Assembly (NCBI RefSeq): GCF_006345805.1
Contig: NC_043008.1
Location: 71,920,001-71,984,000, forward strand
DNA length: 64,000 bases
DNA from: Octopus sinensis
Taxonomy: Eukaryota
Direction: 5' to 3'
The notes beneath the pieces were generated by a model. That model had not been told where the DNA came from. It searched no databases and worked only from the letters and a program-made list of their open reading frames with translations. The translations under genes and the position numbers were made by a program. The stretch's first letter is position 1, and every line of letters begins with the position of its first letter. Of the stretch, positions 49,411 through 64,000 are shown piece after piece.

Positions 49411-49930
49411 TGTTGGTGTTATTGCTTCCATACGTCGTATTGAACCACAACTCATGGCCTTGTATATAGAGCACGTTGTATCTTCTGTGTAAATCGTTTT
49501 TTTTTTCTTTGAACTCTTCATACCTGTCCTGATTTGAAGTGAAGTTTGTTCGCAAAATTCTTGTTACTTTTCCCAAGTTTCCTATAATAAACGGAAGCAA
49601 CATGATTTTGTTAACTTCTCTGTTCCCACCAGAAAAATTCATGGAGGCATACTGCTCTTCTTCTTTTCATTTTATAATATATAATATATTATATTAATAT
49701 ATAATATATAATATATAATATATTTGTATACGACATCCGTAGTTCATGAATATTTTTTCGTCTTCTTATCAAGGGCTACAATGTTCGATCTATTGATTTC
49801 TTTTGGATTCTATGAAGCCGTTCTCATAAAAACCCCAGATCATCATTTCAAGGCTTTTTGTTGCTATCTCTTCGAAATCGTGATTGGTTTTTCTTTGTAC
49901 TAAGCCATTTTAAGATGATGTACAGAATGA
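49390..49930 (-). mobile_element. Third R4/Dong-like 3' fragment (endonuclease region and 3' end), split by an AT microsatellite
   Basis: EINRSNIVALDKKTKK (degenerate RPDIV motif) and MLLPFIIGNLGKVT, followed by a (GAT)n(AAT)n tail. Confidence 0.6.
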
Positions 49931-50809
49931 CATACACAAACGCCATGACTTTATTTTAGGGGGGAAAAAAGTCCATACCTCTTATTCGGAGGGGAAAAAA
50001 CCGAGGTGCAATTGTTACTGACATTCAAAAGGGAAATATTTCTAAAACTAAGGAATTTGTTTAAAAAAATAATAATTTCATACTTATGTATTAGCTTTGC
50101 AAGATATTTGATGCAAAATTGTGTGTTGAGACAGATATTGTTATACTTTGTGGTGGTCATATTTTACCAATTAAACACGCGCTATATGTTTGGTATTTAC
50201 TTCAAGTTTACTATTTTAATTTTTGTTCCTTTTTCGAAGCTCTTTTGTCACTAATCATGTGATCACTTTAACGATCTCTTATTGCAAATGACTCCTCTTG
50301 ATTTGAGAGACATTTTAGAAGGAACGCTGATAACAATGGAGATGTTATTTTTGCCTTATTAACCCTCAGTATTGAAAATATTATTGATATATATATATAA
50401 ATTTATATATATATATTATATAAATTTCCGTTTGTAAGTAAGGCGGTAGAAATTGAGCTGGGATCGTTTATGGGTTTAATTTCTTTCTGAAGACGAGTGA
50501 ATTTAAATTCATGAAAAATGGACTGAGTCTGTGAATTAGTACATCACTACCTAGTTTAATTATATTTTTACTGTGTTTAATCAAAGTCATTGATTTATTT
50601 CAGTTATGTCACTTAACTCAAGTTTATTTCTTCCAAAGAGTTAGCCAGCAGTGGTGATAATACTAGAAGTGAGAACGAGTGAAGGTGAGAGAGAAAGAGG
50701 GACAGTGAGAGCCAAAGCGAGATATATGTATATAGAGAGAGTGAGAGACGTATAAATAGATAGATGGGGAGATAGATAGATAGATAGATAGATATATATA
50801 TATATATAT

Positions 50810-50859
<50 letters not shown>

Positions 50860-52080
50860 GATAGATAGATAGATAGAGACAGAGACAGAGAGAGCGAGAC
50901 ACAGAAAGAGAGAAAGAAACAAACATCAAGATAATTAAAATTTTGCTTGACGTTTTAAAAATTAGTTGCTTAAGATACCTATACTTTAGGTCCTGGTTTA
51001 AATATAGAAATGCAAGCATTTCATTATATTATCCCACACTATGTATATATACATTATATTATATGTCCTTTCGTTCCTTCAGATAATTTCCTATATCGCT
51101 ATACATATAATTGTGTGTGTGTGTGTGTGTGTGGACATTATATGCGCATATGTATATGTAGGTATGTGCATACGTGTATACATACTCGTATATTGGTGAG
51201 TACACCAACACACACTAATATCAGTGCATGTATGTATACATTTATATACGTACACACCACAAAGACATATGTATATAGGTAGGTAGAAAGATAGATAGAT
51301 ACATATAGATAGATACATAGATAGATAGATATAGATAGATAGATAGATAGATAGTTAGATAGATAGATATAAATAGACACCTATATACATAAAGACATAG
51401 AAGAATGAATAAAAACACACATATATAAAGTTATGCGAATTTATTTTTATTTTGTTTCTTCGTGAACAATGGTGGTATATTTTCCTTGTACACATTTTTT
51501 AAATTTTTCATGATTTTAGTCGTTTATTTCCTTGTTTGTTCGATTGTCTTGTTGAGTTTACCAATCACAATGATTCAGACACACACTCACACACACACAC
51601 ACAACACACACACACACACACACACACGTGCCGCCCGGACGCACTCTCAGTCATGCACACAGACACACCCTTCGTAATATATATTTCTTAAATTGATTGG
51701 AGTCTCAATGATTTCCAGGAATCGTATTACGGAGCCAACACAAACTCTAGCACGTGCCGAGGTTCCGATATCATTGGCCCCCACCCCACCACCGTACTTT
51801 GTGAACAGTAGTTTACTCCACAACATCGAAAACGTTTCTAAAATGATTCAGTTTGTTTTCCGGATCATCACGTGACTGCCTCTTCCCTTTTCTAATTCCT
51901 TGCATGCGCAAATTGTAATCTTCCTTGTTATTTATATCTTTATGAAATAAAGCTACAATTTCTCTCTATCATTGTATGTATGTATATATATGCATACATA
52001 CATACATAGTATATATATACACACACACACACATATATACATACATGTACATATATATATGTGCATCTGTGTGTGTGTGT

Positions 52081-52129
<49 letters not shown>

Positions 52130-52380
52130 TTACACAGACAGAGGAATACAGCGCAAATTTGTTTGGCTGTCTCATACCGTTCCTGCCTCCTCGTTTATCG
52201 ACATACATACGCATATATATATGTTTTGCTGATAAATATGTATGTACGAATATGTGTGTGTATAATTATATATATATATATGTATGTATGTATGTTTTTA
52301 TATATATATATTTATATATACATACATATATATCTGAATGTATGCATTTAATATATATGTATATCAATATATATATATAT

Positions 52381-52430
<50 letters not shown>

Positions 52431-54054
52431 GTATATGTATATATATATTTATATATATGTATGTATATATATATACATATATATATGTGTGTGTGTATGT
52501 ATATGTATATATATATATATATATATATACATATATATACATATATATATATGTGTGTGTGAGTGTGTATGTATATGTGTGTTTGTGTGTGTGTCGGTAT
52601 GTTTGTTTGTGCGATTGGACAAGTAAAAATGTACACCGACCAGCCGTGTATCCGGTATTTACACAAACTTCTATCTTTTGCAGCTACAACATTAACAATA
52701 TACATATATAACAATATGTCAACACTGAAGCGCAATTTAATTACGTCTGGGTGCCATAATATAAGACACCCGTTCATATACAAAACAACTCTTGTATTTA
52801 ACTTATCTTAATTATGTGTATATTTGGTTAAGGCATTTCATTAGAAGTAGCACCCTCTGTTTACGGTACATTGTTTAACGTTGCTGTTATTCTTATAAGC
52901 ATTGTTGTAGGTGATATAAATATGTTGTGGGCAATCAAATCAGAAGGCCATTGCAGACAGCAGCATAGGATCGTATTTAAAGATGTGTTTTGCATATTGT
53001 GTTCAAAACCTACCAAAGTAAAATTGATTATGATTCCCATTCTTCGAGGGTTATATTAATTAATTGTCAATGATCGATATTTGTTTTAGTGCTATTCTTG
53101 GGGAGATTTATCTTTTTTTCTTAATATTGTAATATCTCAAATGGTGATCAGTGAACATAAGACAGAAATTCGTCCCATCACTGCTCTCATCTCTACCAAC
53201 TGTGTGAGCGTAAGTGTGAGAGGGGGAGTTATTTCACTCGACATGCTGAATATAACGGCCAGGGCCCTCTCAAGTACAGTCTATCGTCTTCGAATTGGAC
53301 ACCATTTTGCATAATTTTGTTTTGGATTCAAAAGAGATAAAAAAAATATGGATGGTCATAAAAAGAACGTCACAAATTCATAATTCTGCTCGATTACTGT
53401 TGATCTTGGGTTAATGTTCTGCAGCAACAATTACAAATAGGAGAGATTCAATTCATGGGAATCAAATTATCGTAGATTCATTTTCTATTTAAATCCTAGT
53501 TGTTTTCGATGTCGTTACTACTGTTGCTGCTGGAGCTTTACTTGTTACTAGTTTCGTAATGGAAAATGATTGAATCAGGCAGAGATAAGGTAGCTGATAA
53601 GACAACTGAACTAAATCTTCCTGGCACTTTTAAGATATAAAGTCACTCCATTGTTAAGTCACCACTAACTGAAGAGTATGTTTATCCATGCAGAGGGCAA
53701 CTCTATGCACTATATGCTCTGAATGTTTTTATGTAAATCTCATGTTAACATTCATGATTAGTTACTTTTCCTTGTGTTTCTTCTACAAACACTAATGTAG
53801 TAGTTCACTGAGGATGTAACAGAAGTCTAAAACACTTTTACAATGTTCCTCCCTGACGAGTGGAAATATTCGCCAATATCTAATACTGTTGTTTCCTCAC
53901 CACACGACTATTTTCACTTAGTTTTTGTTGCCGCCTGCATTAAACATGCTACCACCAGACTTTGTGCCGGTAAGGCAGTCTATATTGCCGTGTATGTCCC
54001 TAGGTGATGTGTAGATATTGTTTTCACACTTCGGTACAAGAACGCCATTTTATG

Positions 54055-54230
54055 GAGAGGGGCTAAGTCGATTACATCGATCCTAGTACTCAAAAGGTAC
54101 TAATTTTATCAGGCCCCGAAAGGTTCAAAGGCAAAGACGAACTCAACGAAATGTGAACTGAGAACGTCGCGATGAACGAAATGTTGCCAAACGTTTTGTC
54201 CGGTGTGGTAACCATTCTGCGGGATCGCCT
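54055..54230 (-). mobile_element. tRNA-derived SINE, second family
   Basis: Homologous to 10435-10650 (AGTCGATTACATCGATCC..GGTACT..AAAGGCAAAG..GAACT.AGAACG..CGCCT). Confidence 0.65.
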
Positions 54231-54322
54231 CATTAAGTTATAGCATACATACTGACTGAGTGTTAATATTACTGTCATATATGTTGACATTGTGTCCATA
54301 CTGCTATAGAACATATTCACTA

Positions 54323-54395
<73 letters not shown>

Positions 54396-54461
54396 TAATA
54401 TAATTGTTTGTTTGTATTCAACCTGCCTTCATCTTTTGTCTATTTTCATAAAGCTTCCCGT

Positions 54462-54497
<36 letters not shown>

Positions 54498-55019
54498 TGT
54501 ATGAGTGTGCGCGCGCCTGCGTATTGCCTGAATATCAATAGTACTGTTTTCTCCGTATTCACTTATATGTCCATAGCATGTGTGTCGGACTGAATTCCTG
54601 TTACTGTTGACGAAGCTTCTGTTTCTAAATTTTAACCAGAACATTGGATTTTCATTTTAATGAGACTTTCTTCATCCTATAATTAACAGGACTAGTAATG
54701 GTAGTTTTGCTATAAGTAGTAGTAGTAGTAGTTCTTTGTGTTTTTGCTATTTCTGTCGCTGTTTCTCTTATTCTAGTTTTTCTTGTCGCTGAAATTGCTA
54801 TTTTTTTTCAAATTATTCTTTTTCTATTTTTTACTTATATTGTTATTTGTTTCACTTGTAGAATATTCTTGTTGTGGTCGTTGTTGTTTCCATCGCTGTG
54901 TTTGCTGTCATTGTTGTTGCTGTTGATGTCTTTCGATTACTTTTACTTTTGTTCTTCCTACTCTTCTTCACAGTGAAATTGCATTGCTTTCGTTCTCTTT
55001 AGTGCGGTTGTTGTCACCT

Positions 55020-55600
55020 TTCTTCACGTTGTTGTTGTTGTTGTTATTATTATTATTACTATTATTATTATTATTATTATGATTGTGGTGGTGGTGGTGG
55101 TGGTGGTGGTGTTGAGGTTAAGACAAGGTGAATTGTGTGGGATAGGTTTCCGGGCATATTGCAAGGGATGTTGGTAGGGGATGGTAGTAGTGTTGGTGGT
55201 GTAGGTCTTGGTAGAAAGGATTTGTGGCTTTGGTAGTAATTCTGGTGATACATACTTGGGGTGGTGAAGCATATTTATGACTGCGGGTTGAGTGTTACAC
55301 AGCCAAGACGGTAGCTGCGGCAACAGAGATGGTGGTGGTAGTAGTAATGATGGCGGTGTCGATGGTGTTGGTGTTGGTGGTGGCGTTGCTGTTGGTGGTG
55401 GTTATGGTGGTGGTTTTGGCGGTGGTTGTGGTGGTGGTGGTGTTGGCAGTGGTAGTGGTTTTGGTGCTACAGATAGTAATTGGGGTAGGATGGTATGGTG
55501 GTAGTAGTAGATTGAATAATAGCGTTTATAGTGTTGGTGTTGTTGTTGGGGTTGGTAGTGATTGTGGTGGTGGCTGACGTCTTCGTGTTGGTGATGATAT
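55020..55600. repeat. Degenerate (GGT/TGT)n low-complexity tract
   Basis: Directly visible; it produces the Gly-rich, Val-rich and Thr/Pro-rich ORFs in the track. Confidence 0.85.
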
Positions 55601-56024
55601 ATTTTTATTTTCCTTCTTAAGCAGATTTGCATTAATTCATCCTAAAAAGTGATTGATGAGATTGGTTGGAATTTCCTAATGATTAGCTGGAATTAATTAC
55701 AGCAAGTTGCTACTGGAAACACTGCATTGCACGTGATTACAAAACCTGAGTATCATTGAGTCTCATTAAGACAATGACGACGAAATATTCAGTTACCCGG
55801 TTCATGTCTCCCAGAATTATGTGACACGATTTTATATACCTCATAAGTTTATGTTTGTGTGTCTGTTGCGACAATTGTTAATGTTAGCGTTTCGCTTATC
55901 AATGTATTAAATAGTACATTAGTTATCTATTCTTGTAGCAAATGCATGAAGAGTTTCTTCAGTTCTGTCAGAGATTACCTGCTGTTTATTTGTAAATCTA
56001 TGCGTGTATATATATATATATAAT

Positions 56025-56069
<45 letters not shown>

Positions 56070-57263
56070 GTGTGTGTTTGTGTGTGTTTGTGTGTGTAAT
56101 GTATGTATATATATACATACATATCTAAGTGTGTGTGTGAGTATGCATTCTGTGGGGACTGAGAAGTAACCATAATGGTTAAAAGCGCACCTAAGACCAC
56201 CTATGAGGATAGAGCTTTAGTTCTCGTTGAATATCTTGCTGAGACACCGAAAGGAAATCTCGTTGATCTGAAAAGTGAGTGTAGTTTAGTACAGGTACAG
56301 GATTCATAGACTATTGATAATTTCAGGTTCAGAATCTTTGAAAACCTAGAAAAGGAAAATAACTTGCAGCATTGAGATATAGAAGAATTAGAGGCTTCAC
56401 GAGCTGGGAGATGTAATTTTACAATGGTGGCATGTGATATTATTCATTTGTTCTCAAAGCTATGGTGACGATGATCTGGAAACATAAACACTGACCTAGC
56501 AGTCTGTCTCAGAGAACGTTTAGCTCCCATTTTATGCAGGAAGAACCCCGAAAACCTGGTTAAAATAAGTTTGTCTAAGTCTGTAACCGGCCAGCGAACA
56601 ACCCTGCAGTTTACACTTGTCTCCACTTTGAACGCTTCCATGGAACACCAAAAAAGTTTGCAGCTATTTAAAAACTCATACACCGACATCTACTGACATA
56701 CACCTTGAATGTATGTCAGTATGTCTATGTTCTGTTATCAGCCTGGTGGTGCTTATGTGTCCACGTGTCTGTGATTGTGTATACCATCTGCGCGTGCGCA
56801 CACACACACAAGCACATACGAACAAACACATGCCCAAAAGTACACGCGCACACACACACACACATACACACATGCACACACACACACATACACAATCACT
56901 CACTCACTGAGGCATACATATGTGCTTTGGTGTCTAAAGTATTTTGTTAACTTATTTCCGTTAATCTGGACATTTTCGCTATTACATCGCCTAACTTACA
57001 ATATCATTTCTAGAATTTAGCTGACGCCATTTAGAGTACAGCTGTTTAATCATACAAGCCATCTTCTTATTTATTGATTGTTTCTTTTTGTTAATTAACT
57101 AGCAAGCGATCTTACTACTTATATATTTTCCCTCGTTAACTAATTAAAACTGCCTAAGCTTAATTTTAGATAGTTTTCACGAACTATTTCTCTTACTCCT
57201 GGCTACAACGCTATTAATACGTACATAAATGCTTATCTCTCTCTCTCTCTCTCTCTCCCTATA

Positions 57264-57327
<64 letters not shown>

Positions 57328-57334
57328 CATATAC

Positions 57335-57368
<34 letters not shown>

Positions 57369-58022
57369 AGACTAATACATGCCTATGTAGGCTAATACAT
57401 ACATACACACAGAGACACAGACACATGGACACAAACATACGCACACATAAACGCACGCACAAACACACACATACAGATACACAGTAGAAAGACAGAATGA
57501 ACATACAAATAACTGGTGTCAGTATGGAGTATGGGATTGATATGTCTAAGCCTGATTGTAAATTTGTTACAATAAATTTGTCAGAATAGAATAGATTGTT
57601 TCATAGACAGAATGTATCAAGGATACACTCTTGCACTTGCTCCACAATAAATGCGCATATGGTGCATACCGTGTATTTCTCATCGGACGAATATAATGAG
57701 CTCTCCATATATTAGTAGACTACATATGAATGTACCATATTCCGGAAACAGCTGTCATAGACTTTTAACTATACATTCTATTCTAACAACTCTTTTGTAA
57801 CAGCTCTTCATTTATGTTGAGATATATAATTTCTATACTCTAAAGTTGAACCAATTTTTGCCTGTTCATTCTGCAATTTGTTTCTACTGTGCATGGACCC
57901 GCTGCGTGATAATCCATTCATTACTAGTTTGTTGCAACACAACTTTCTTTTAGAGACAGTTTAATCTAGATGGTTTTAGTGGTACCTCAAAAAAGTATTT
58001 CTTGTGTGTGTATGTGTATGTG

Positions 58023-58056
<34 letters not shown>

Positions 58057-58791
58057 CACATATATTTCTTTTATTTCATACTTCAGTGAAAGTACACTTC
58101 TAAACGGAGATGGCTTATCTTATTGCATAATATTTATAATTAATATTCAGGATGTATACTATAATAGATATTATTTTGTTATAAATACATTCCTAATCAC
58201 TTTGCAGTAAATGACAGTTTAAAAATGATATGTCACCATGAAATTTGTTCAGTATCACAACGTAATCTCTTTCTCAAGTAACCTCTTTCGAACAGAAGTC
58301 ACCCACTTTGTCCTTTAAATACATCAGTAAAGACTTTTATAAATTCTATTCTTTAAAACCATTCTTTCTTTATAACCTAAACTAATATCTAATATTGAAT
58401 AGTCTTGTTTCACTCACTTTCGTTTGTTTGGTCCTCTTTCAGAGTTAATATTTATATAAGAGTCTTTCTCTTTCTCTGCCACTCATTTACACTCTTCTAC
58501 CTGTGTCATGGCTTTCGAGTGGAAAATGACGAGATATATGCCCATTGTAGGCGACCGTTCTGAGATTCCTAAAGCAAGGAATTGCTTTGTCCGTCACTCT
58601 TCTTGCTGTCTGATGAAGTAGCTTGTCCTTTTTCTGGGTTTCTAACGACATTCTCAAGAACTGGCAATCGAACGCCAATAATCTTCGAGTCGCTTATAAT
58701 CGTCAAATTCTAACAAAATTACTGAAAGATCAAAATCACCAGGAGCTAATAGAGTAAGGGTTTGTTTTTCTTTATGACCGTCAACGTTATG

Positions 58792-58853
58792 TCTGATTTG
58801 ATCGACCTAACTCATGCTTTTCTCTGATTTGATCGACCTAACTCATGCTTTTC
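58792..58853. repeat. Exact 31-bp tandem duplication
   Basis: TCTGATTTGATCGACCTAACTCATGCTTTTC occurs twice in tandem. Confidence 0.97.
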
Positions 58854-61390
58854 TTCATGCTCGAAGTCTATGCGAGAAATTCAATTTTCTTCAAATACCT
58901 CTTCATTCAACATTGTATTGTTTGTTAATTTTTGTTCGCGAGTTTCACGAAAATCTTCCATATTTCTCAACAAGTATCCATTCTTTACTCCACACTTTGT
59001 TTTGATTGATACCTCCCGCTAGTTCGATGCCATGACTAAAATGGAGGATGCAAGCGCCTCGTCTACCAATCAAAATATAAAAAGTGGATGTTATGTATTG
59101 TTTTCTGCTTGATGTGTTTCATGCGGATGTTGAGAATCACACGGGATAATTAAAATCCGTTATGATATCCAGCTGTTTTCTTTAGCAGTACTTCAAAAAT
59201 ATATTGAAAATATACTTTAAAAAACTGCATTCCATGAATACCTTGGCTGTTGTTACTATCGAATTTGTAATTTTTCATCGCTTGCCATGGTACTGCTGAC
59301 GGGGGACAGAGTGTTGGATGCGCGGGAACGAGATTAGCATCACTTCGCTTGACCCAATAACTGTTAATAATAATATAATATGAGAAGTAAACCAAAATAT
59401 CACAGTTTAGAAATAACTTGCTTACGGAACGTTAGCAGTTATGTGAAGAGGTCGCATCATCTCAGTATGCCTCATTCTCCATCACACATTAACTACACCT
59501 GATATGTTTCTTACAGTATTTAATGGCAGTGTTACATTCAAGCACCATTTTGTAATTATGTAAATGAAAGTTGAATGTTAAATTTTCATCCATTTGTCGG
59601 GTTTTAGAATTAGTGGATGACATCAACAATAGCGGTGCAGTAGCAACATGGTAGCCAATAGAGGTTATATAAAACATCATAGCCAGAAATAAAAGTCTAC
59701 TATTCTGTATGGCAATTCTCTTGGGCAAAATATGAATTAGTATATACTTGATCTGAAAGGAGATAAAGTTGGAATACGGTACTGTCATAACATAGTTTAA
59801 TTATGTATAATATATAGCCTCACATTTTATCCTAGTGTATTGCCACAACATCAAATTTACATGCACAGAATCATTTTCCCTAGGAAATCATTTAAAAATA
59901 TCTTTCAATGCATCTATGGTGAAAAATGACAATTATTTTTTCACAAAATATACTTTTAAAGTAATGGTGCATCTTATGTGAGAGTGAGCTTTATATGCTG
60001 GCAAATACGGTAAATGATGGGAAATCTCGTTTTGGTGTTGGAAATTTTTATGACATTGCAAATCATTTATGGTCCGAATATTTCCTGTACGTCTGTTTGA
60101 ATTATCCTATATTCCATATATGTCTGTTTATAATACTCTCACTAGTAGGCGATCAAACTAGAGATACTGAAATTCCAGAAGACCTATGGACAAGGATCGC
60201 GTTAATTCTTCTGGACACTGCATTATTTCAAATATCCACTAAAAATGGTTGTCATTGCTTGGATAAATTCTAAAGTCTATGTTACAAGACCTCAGCATTA
60301 ATATCTTCCACTCCTAGGCTGCGAGTCATTATTAATACTATTATCCAGGATAGTGGTTCTTCTGAATAATTTTATGGATTTAAACATCTTTCCTCTAATT
60401 AAACAGTTCAATAACAACAATCTTGTCTTCAAAGACAGCAGTGGTTGATTACATCCTAATTCTAAATTTTAGTGCGAGAACATAGTTTGGTATTGGTATT
60501 CATTACTTGGCTTCAATGTTGTCACATTAGCTTTAACTTCTTTTACCGTTATACATACACGTAGTACATAAATACATGAACACATACATATATATGCATG
60601 TGTGTGTATACGCTTGTGTAAATATACACATATTTATGTGTGTGTGTGTGTGTGTTTACGCTTGTGTAACACCATTGTACATGAGAAAATTAGGCTGGCC
60701 TATAGGGCTAAATGAATGTAGATAAGAGTCAAGTAGAAGCCATAATAACGATAACAAGAACATTCGAATTAAGATATGCCATAAGGTATATTTTTACCTT
60801 GGCCCATTTCGTGTAAAACGCACCTTTAAGAAAACGATAAGAGAAAGCGAAAGAAATTTCATTTTCATCGAAGTTAGCTTTCATAGTCTTTCTTCCACTC
60901 CCTCCTCTCCTCTCCACCCCTCTCAATCTTGTTAAAACACAGTCTTGTTAGCATTAACGTAGAAGTATATTTTAATAAAAATATCAGGTCTAATTAAAAT
61001 TATCTTCGGTAACATTGAAAACGCTTCGTTAATATCGATATTTAATATTCGATCTACATTGGTACTGACTTATATATTATATGTGAACATCTGTGTATGT
61101 GCGCCAGTATATCTTTGTAAATGCATATGAATGTATGTATATATTTGCATATATTTGTATATGAATATATACAAGTTAACATACATGCATACGTACACTC
61201 CTGATCAATGCTTGAGTGATTAAATAGACGGGAGCATTTTTACAGTTACATCATTCAAAATATCCATTTGAGAGAAATTACGTATTCTTAGACTCTATAT
61301 ACACATACACAGGCACACATATATATACATGTATTTACATATAATTTTATATACATTCATACCTACCTACATATATATACATACATACAC

Positions 61391-61465
<75 letters not shown>

Positions 61466-61809
61466 GATAGATAGATATAAAGATTAATGGATAGATAGAG
61501 AGATAGAGAGATAGATATATGCATATATACGGAGATCGAATTTAATGAAAACCTTAAACTATTGTCACGTTAAAATATATTGGAAACAATAAAATTGTTA
61601 TATCCTCAGCTATCAACTTATAAAACATTGTCGTTTTATTGCCGCTCTCACTGCAATGACCATCAACACCATCCTTGATTAAAATTCATTTCACATAATA
61701 CCGCAGCAGATTAAAGTTGTGCTTTATGACCGCAATAAATTCGATAAATGTGTATTTGAACATTGCTATGTACATGTGTGCGTATATGTGTGTATTCATA
61801 TATGTATAT

Positions 61810-61854
<45 letters not shown>

Positions 61855-61889
61855 CACTCACACATATACATACATATGCACATATACAA

Positions 61890-61957
<68 letters not shown>

Positions 61958-63324
61958 CATATGTATATATATGTATGTGTGTTTATACACACACATAGAT
62001 ATTCCTGCATGTGTGAGTCGTGATTGTATGCTATCAACATGTGTCTGTTTATGTGGCTCTCGGCACCGATGCGTATTATAACTAATTATAATAACAGTTA
62101 ATTTATAGTATATTTAAATTACTATAAAAGAAATATAGTTTTTGCATGTATATATAGAGAGCCACAGACATACAAATATATATGAATATATATGTGTAAA
62201 TATATATTTATATATATATGTACATATGTGTGTAAATATATATTCATATATATATGTATATATGTGTGTGTATTTATGCGTGTGCGTGTGTATGCACCGA
62301 GGGTAGTGGTAGTGATTTAGGTGGTCGTGTTATTGTGCAAATGGCAGTGGTGGTGACGGGAGTCTTTAATAGGAGTTTGGGATTGAGTGAGGCATCCAGA
62401 TTACGAGAGCTGTTCACCATTGTTTATCCTACAGCAACATTTTAAATCCATGAATCTGTTTAAATTGGATCTTATTTTTTATTCTATTTCTGACAATAAT
62501 ATGAATATTGTAGCCAAATTAATCGATGGAACTTTTAAACAGATAGCCTATTAAACTACTTATGATTTTTTAATTTCATTTTAATCCCTTTCAGCAGTTA
62601 TATAATTATTCTGGAAATGACACTATATTCTATATTGCTTCTATACACCTAAATGTCACGAACAAAGTGTAGCAGTTGAGCATCTGGGAGAAGTAATATT
62701 TGGCACAATAATATCATGTCCAGTGGGATAATTCTTTCACATCCGTTTCACAGCACGAAATCGGAACCGTGAAACAAATGTTGAGGTACCCACTCTGGCG
62801 AGTTGGAGCAATGCAGACATTTATCTTTTCACCGAATTCTTTTGGTGTTACCAGTTTTGATCAGATATAATTTTACATTGCTATATTTTTGGCATATCTT
62901 TGAATGAGAGTCATTGAATTGCTATGAAACTTCAATAACTTGAGGCAATTTTAAGTTTAAATCAACAACTCTTCTAATCAATCATTCTTGTGAAGAACGA
63001 CTAAAGAAGAAATGTAGAATAACATTTCAATGAAAAAATAAAATATATAAAATTAGCCAAAAACAAAAAAATAAAACAAAAACAATAGAAAAGTAAGTTT
63101 TAGAGAAATTTAAAATATAGCTACAGGGTTACCAATTCCGTTTTGACATCGGAAAACTCTAACTAACATCTTTTCAAAGTCACCATAATATAATGTGACA
63201 TCAAAAATTTGGTAAAAGTTTCCTTGAAAATGTCAAAGAGTACAAAATTTTTGAAAATCAGACAGATTAATATCTTCTCCAGCCAATCCTACGCAATAGA
63301 TCGCTTCTTAAGACAAACACACAG

Positions 63325-63366
63325 AGTATTATCATTATTATTATCATTATTATTATTATTATCACC

Positions 63367-63397
<31 letters not shown>

Positions 63398-63473
63398 TAT
63401 TATTATTATATTATTATTATTATTATTATTATTATTATGATTATTATTATTATTATTATTATTGTTATTGTTA

Positions 63474-63506
<33 letters not shown>

Positions 63507-63561
63507 GTAATAACAATAATAATAGTATCAAGAATAAAAAGAAAAGCAGATACAGTATCAA

Positions 63562-63607
<46 letters not shown>

Positions 63608-63850
63608 TGTAACAGTAGAAAAAGTATTAATAGTATTAACAGAAGGAGGAGTGGTGGCGTAGCAGGAGTAGTTGTACGAGGGGCAACAGCTAGTAGTAGC
63701 AGCATATGCAGCAGTTGTAGTACTAGTAACCACAACAGCAGCAAGCGGTTGCAGTAAATGTAGTAGTAGTAGTAGTAGTTGTTGTTGTTTTTTTTTGTTG
63801 TTGCTACAGTTCTTGTTGCTGTTGTTGTTTAAGTGGTAGTGGTGTAGGTG
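63325..63850. repeat. Compound (TTA)n/(AGT)n/(TGT)n microsatellite
   Basis: Directly visible; the 182-aa ORF 63209-63757 is microsatellite read-through. Confidence 0.95.
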
Positions 63851-64000
63851 GTATAGGATTACAAGTCAAAAGATGAAGAAACCAAAGACAAAGAATTGTA
63901 TAAAAGTATGACATTAATGTAAATGTGAAGGCCATGGGACTAATTATTGTTTGTTATTAGAAGTGAAGAAGACGCAGAATGCCAATTTCATATTATGGAT

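Noticed and set aside
55292-55504. Gly-rich structural protein exon
   Set aside because: It lies within a degenerate (GGT)n tract and has no supporting splice signals or flanking frame.
58490-58720. Minus-strand terminal exon (..LENVVRNPEKGQATSSDSKKSDGQSNSLL*)
   Set aside because: The acceptor is weak and ambiguous, and there is no recognisable homology.
59995-60273. ORF with a protein-like segment (DQTRDTEIPEDLWTRIALILLD)
   Set aside because: No good donor site and no recognised family.
63209-63757. 182-aa ORF with poly-L/Y/I/S runs
   Set aside because: It is translation of trinucleotide microsatellites.

Overview
Very AT-rich, microsatellite-saturated animal DNA. The repeat families and the (TA)n/(TAA)n/(TAGA)n/(CA)n load suggest an octopus or other coleoid cephalopod; this is inferred from pattern recognition, not from a search. 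I find no supportable host protein-coding gene, and nearly all ORFs in the track are microsatellite read-through or transposon debris. The window is a mosaic of decayed mobile elements: three Penelope-like (PLE) fragments, a full-length mariner, a full-length IR/DR Tc1, a DD37D-type Tc1/mariner, a pogo 5' part and a Tigger-type MITE, several Helitron pieces including a RepHel fragment, RTE, R4/Dong-like and HERO-like LINE fragments, an L1/Tx1-like ORF1, and many tRNA-derived SINEs. The most notable signal is a set of type I hammerhead-ribozyme (HHR) motifs from at least three repeat families. One (21122-21166) forms the entire loop of a 164-bp near-perfect inverted repeat inside a 353-bp-period tandem unit, which looks like a retrozyme or PLE pseudo-LTR. 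Another (32103-32148) carries a U3-A8 swap of the conserved C3-G8 core pair. Family names come from manual translation and motif recognition, and internal boundaries are approximate.
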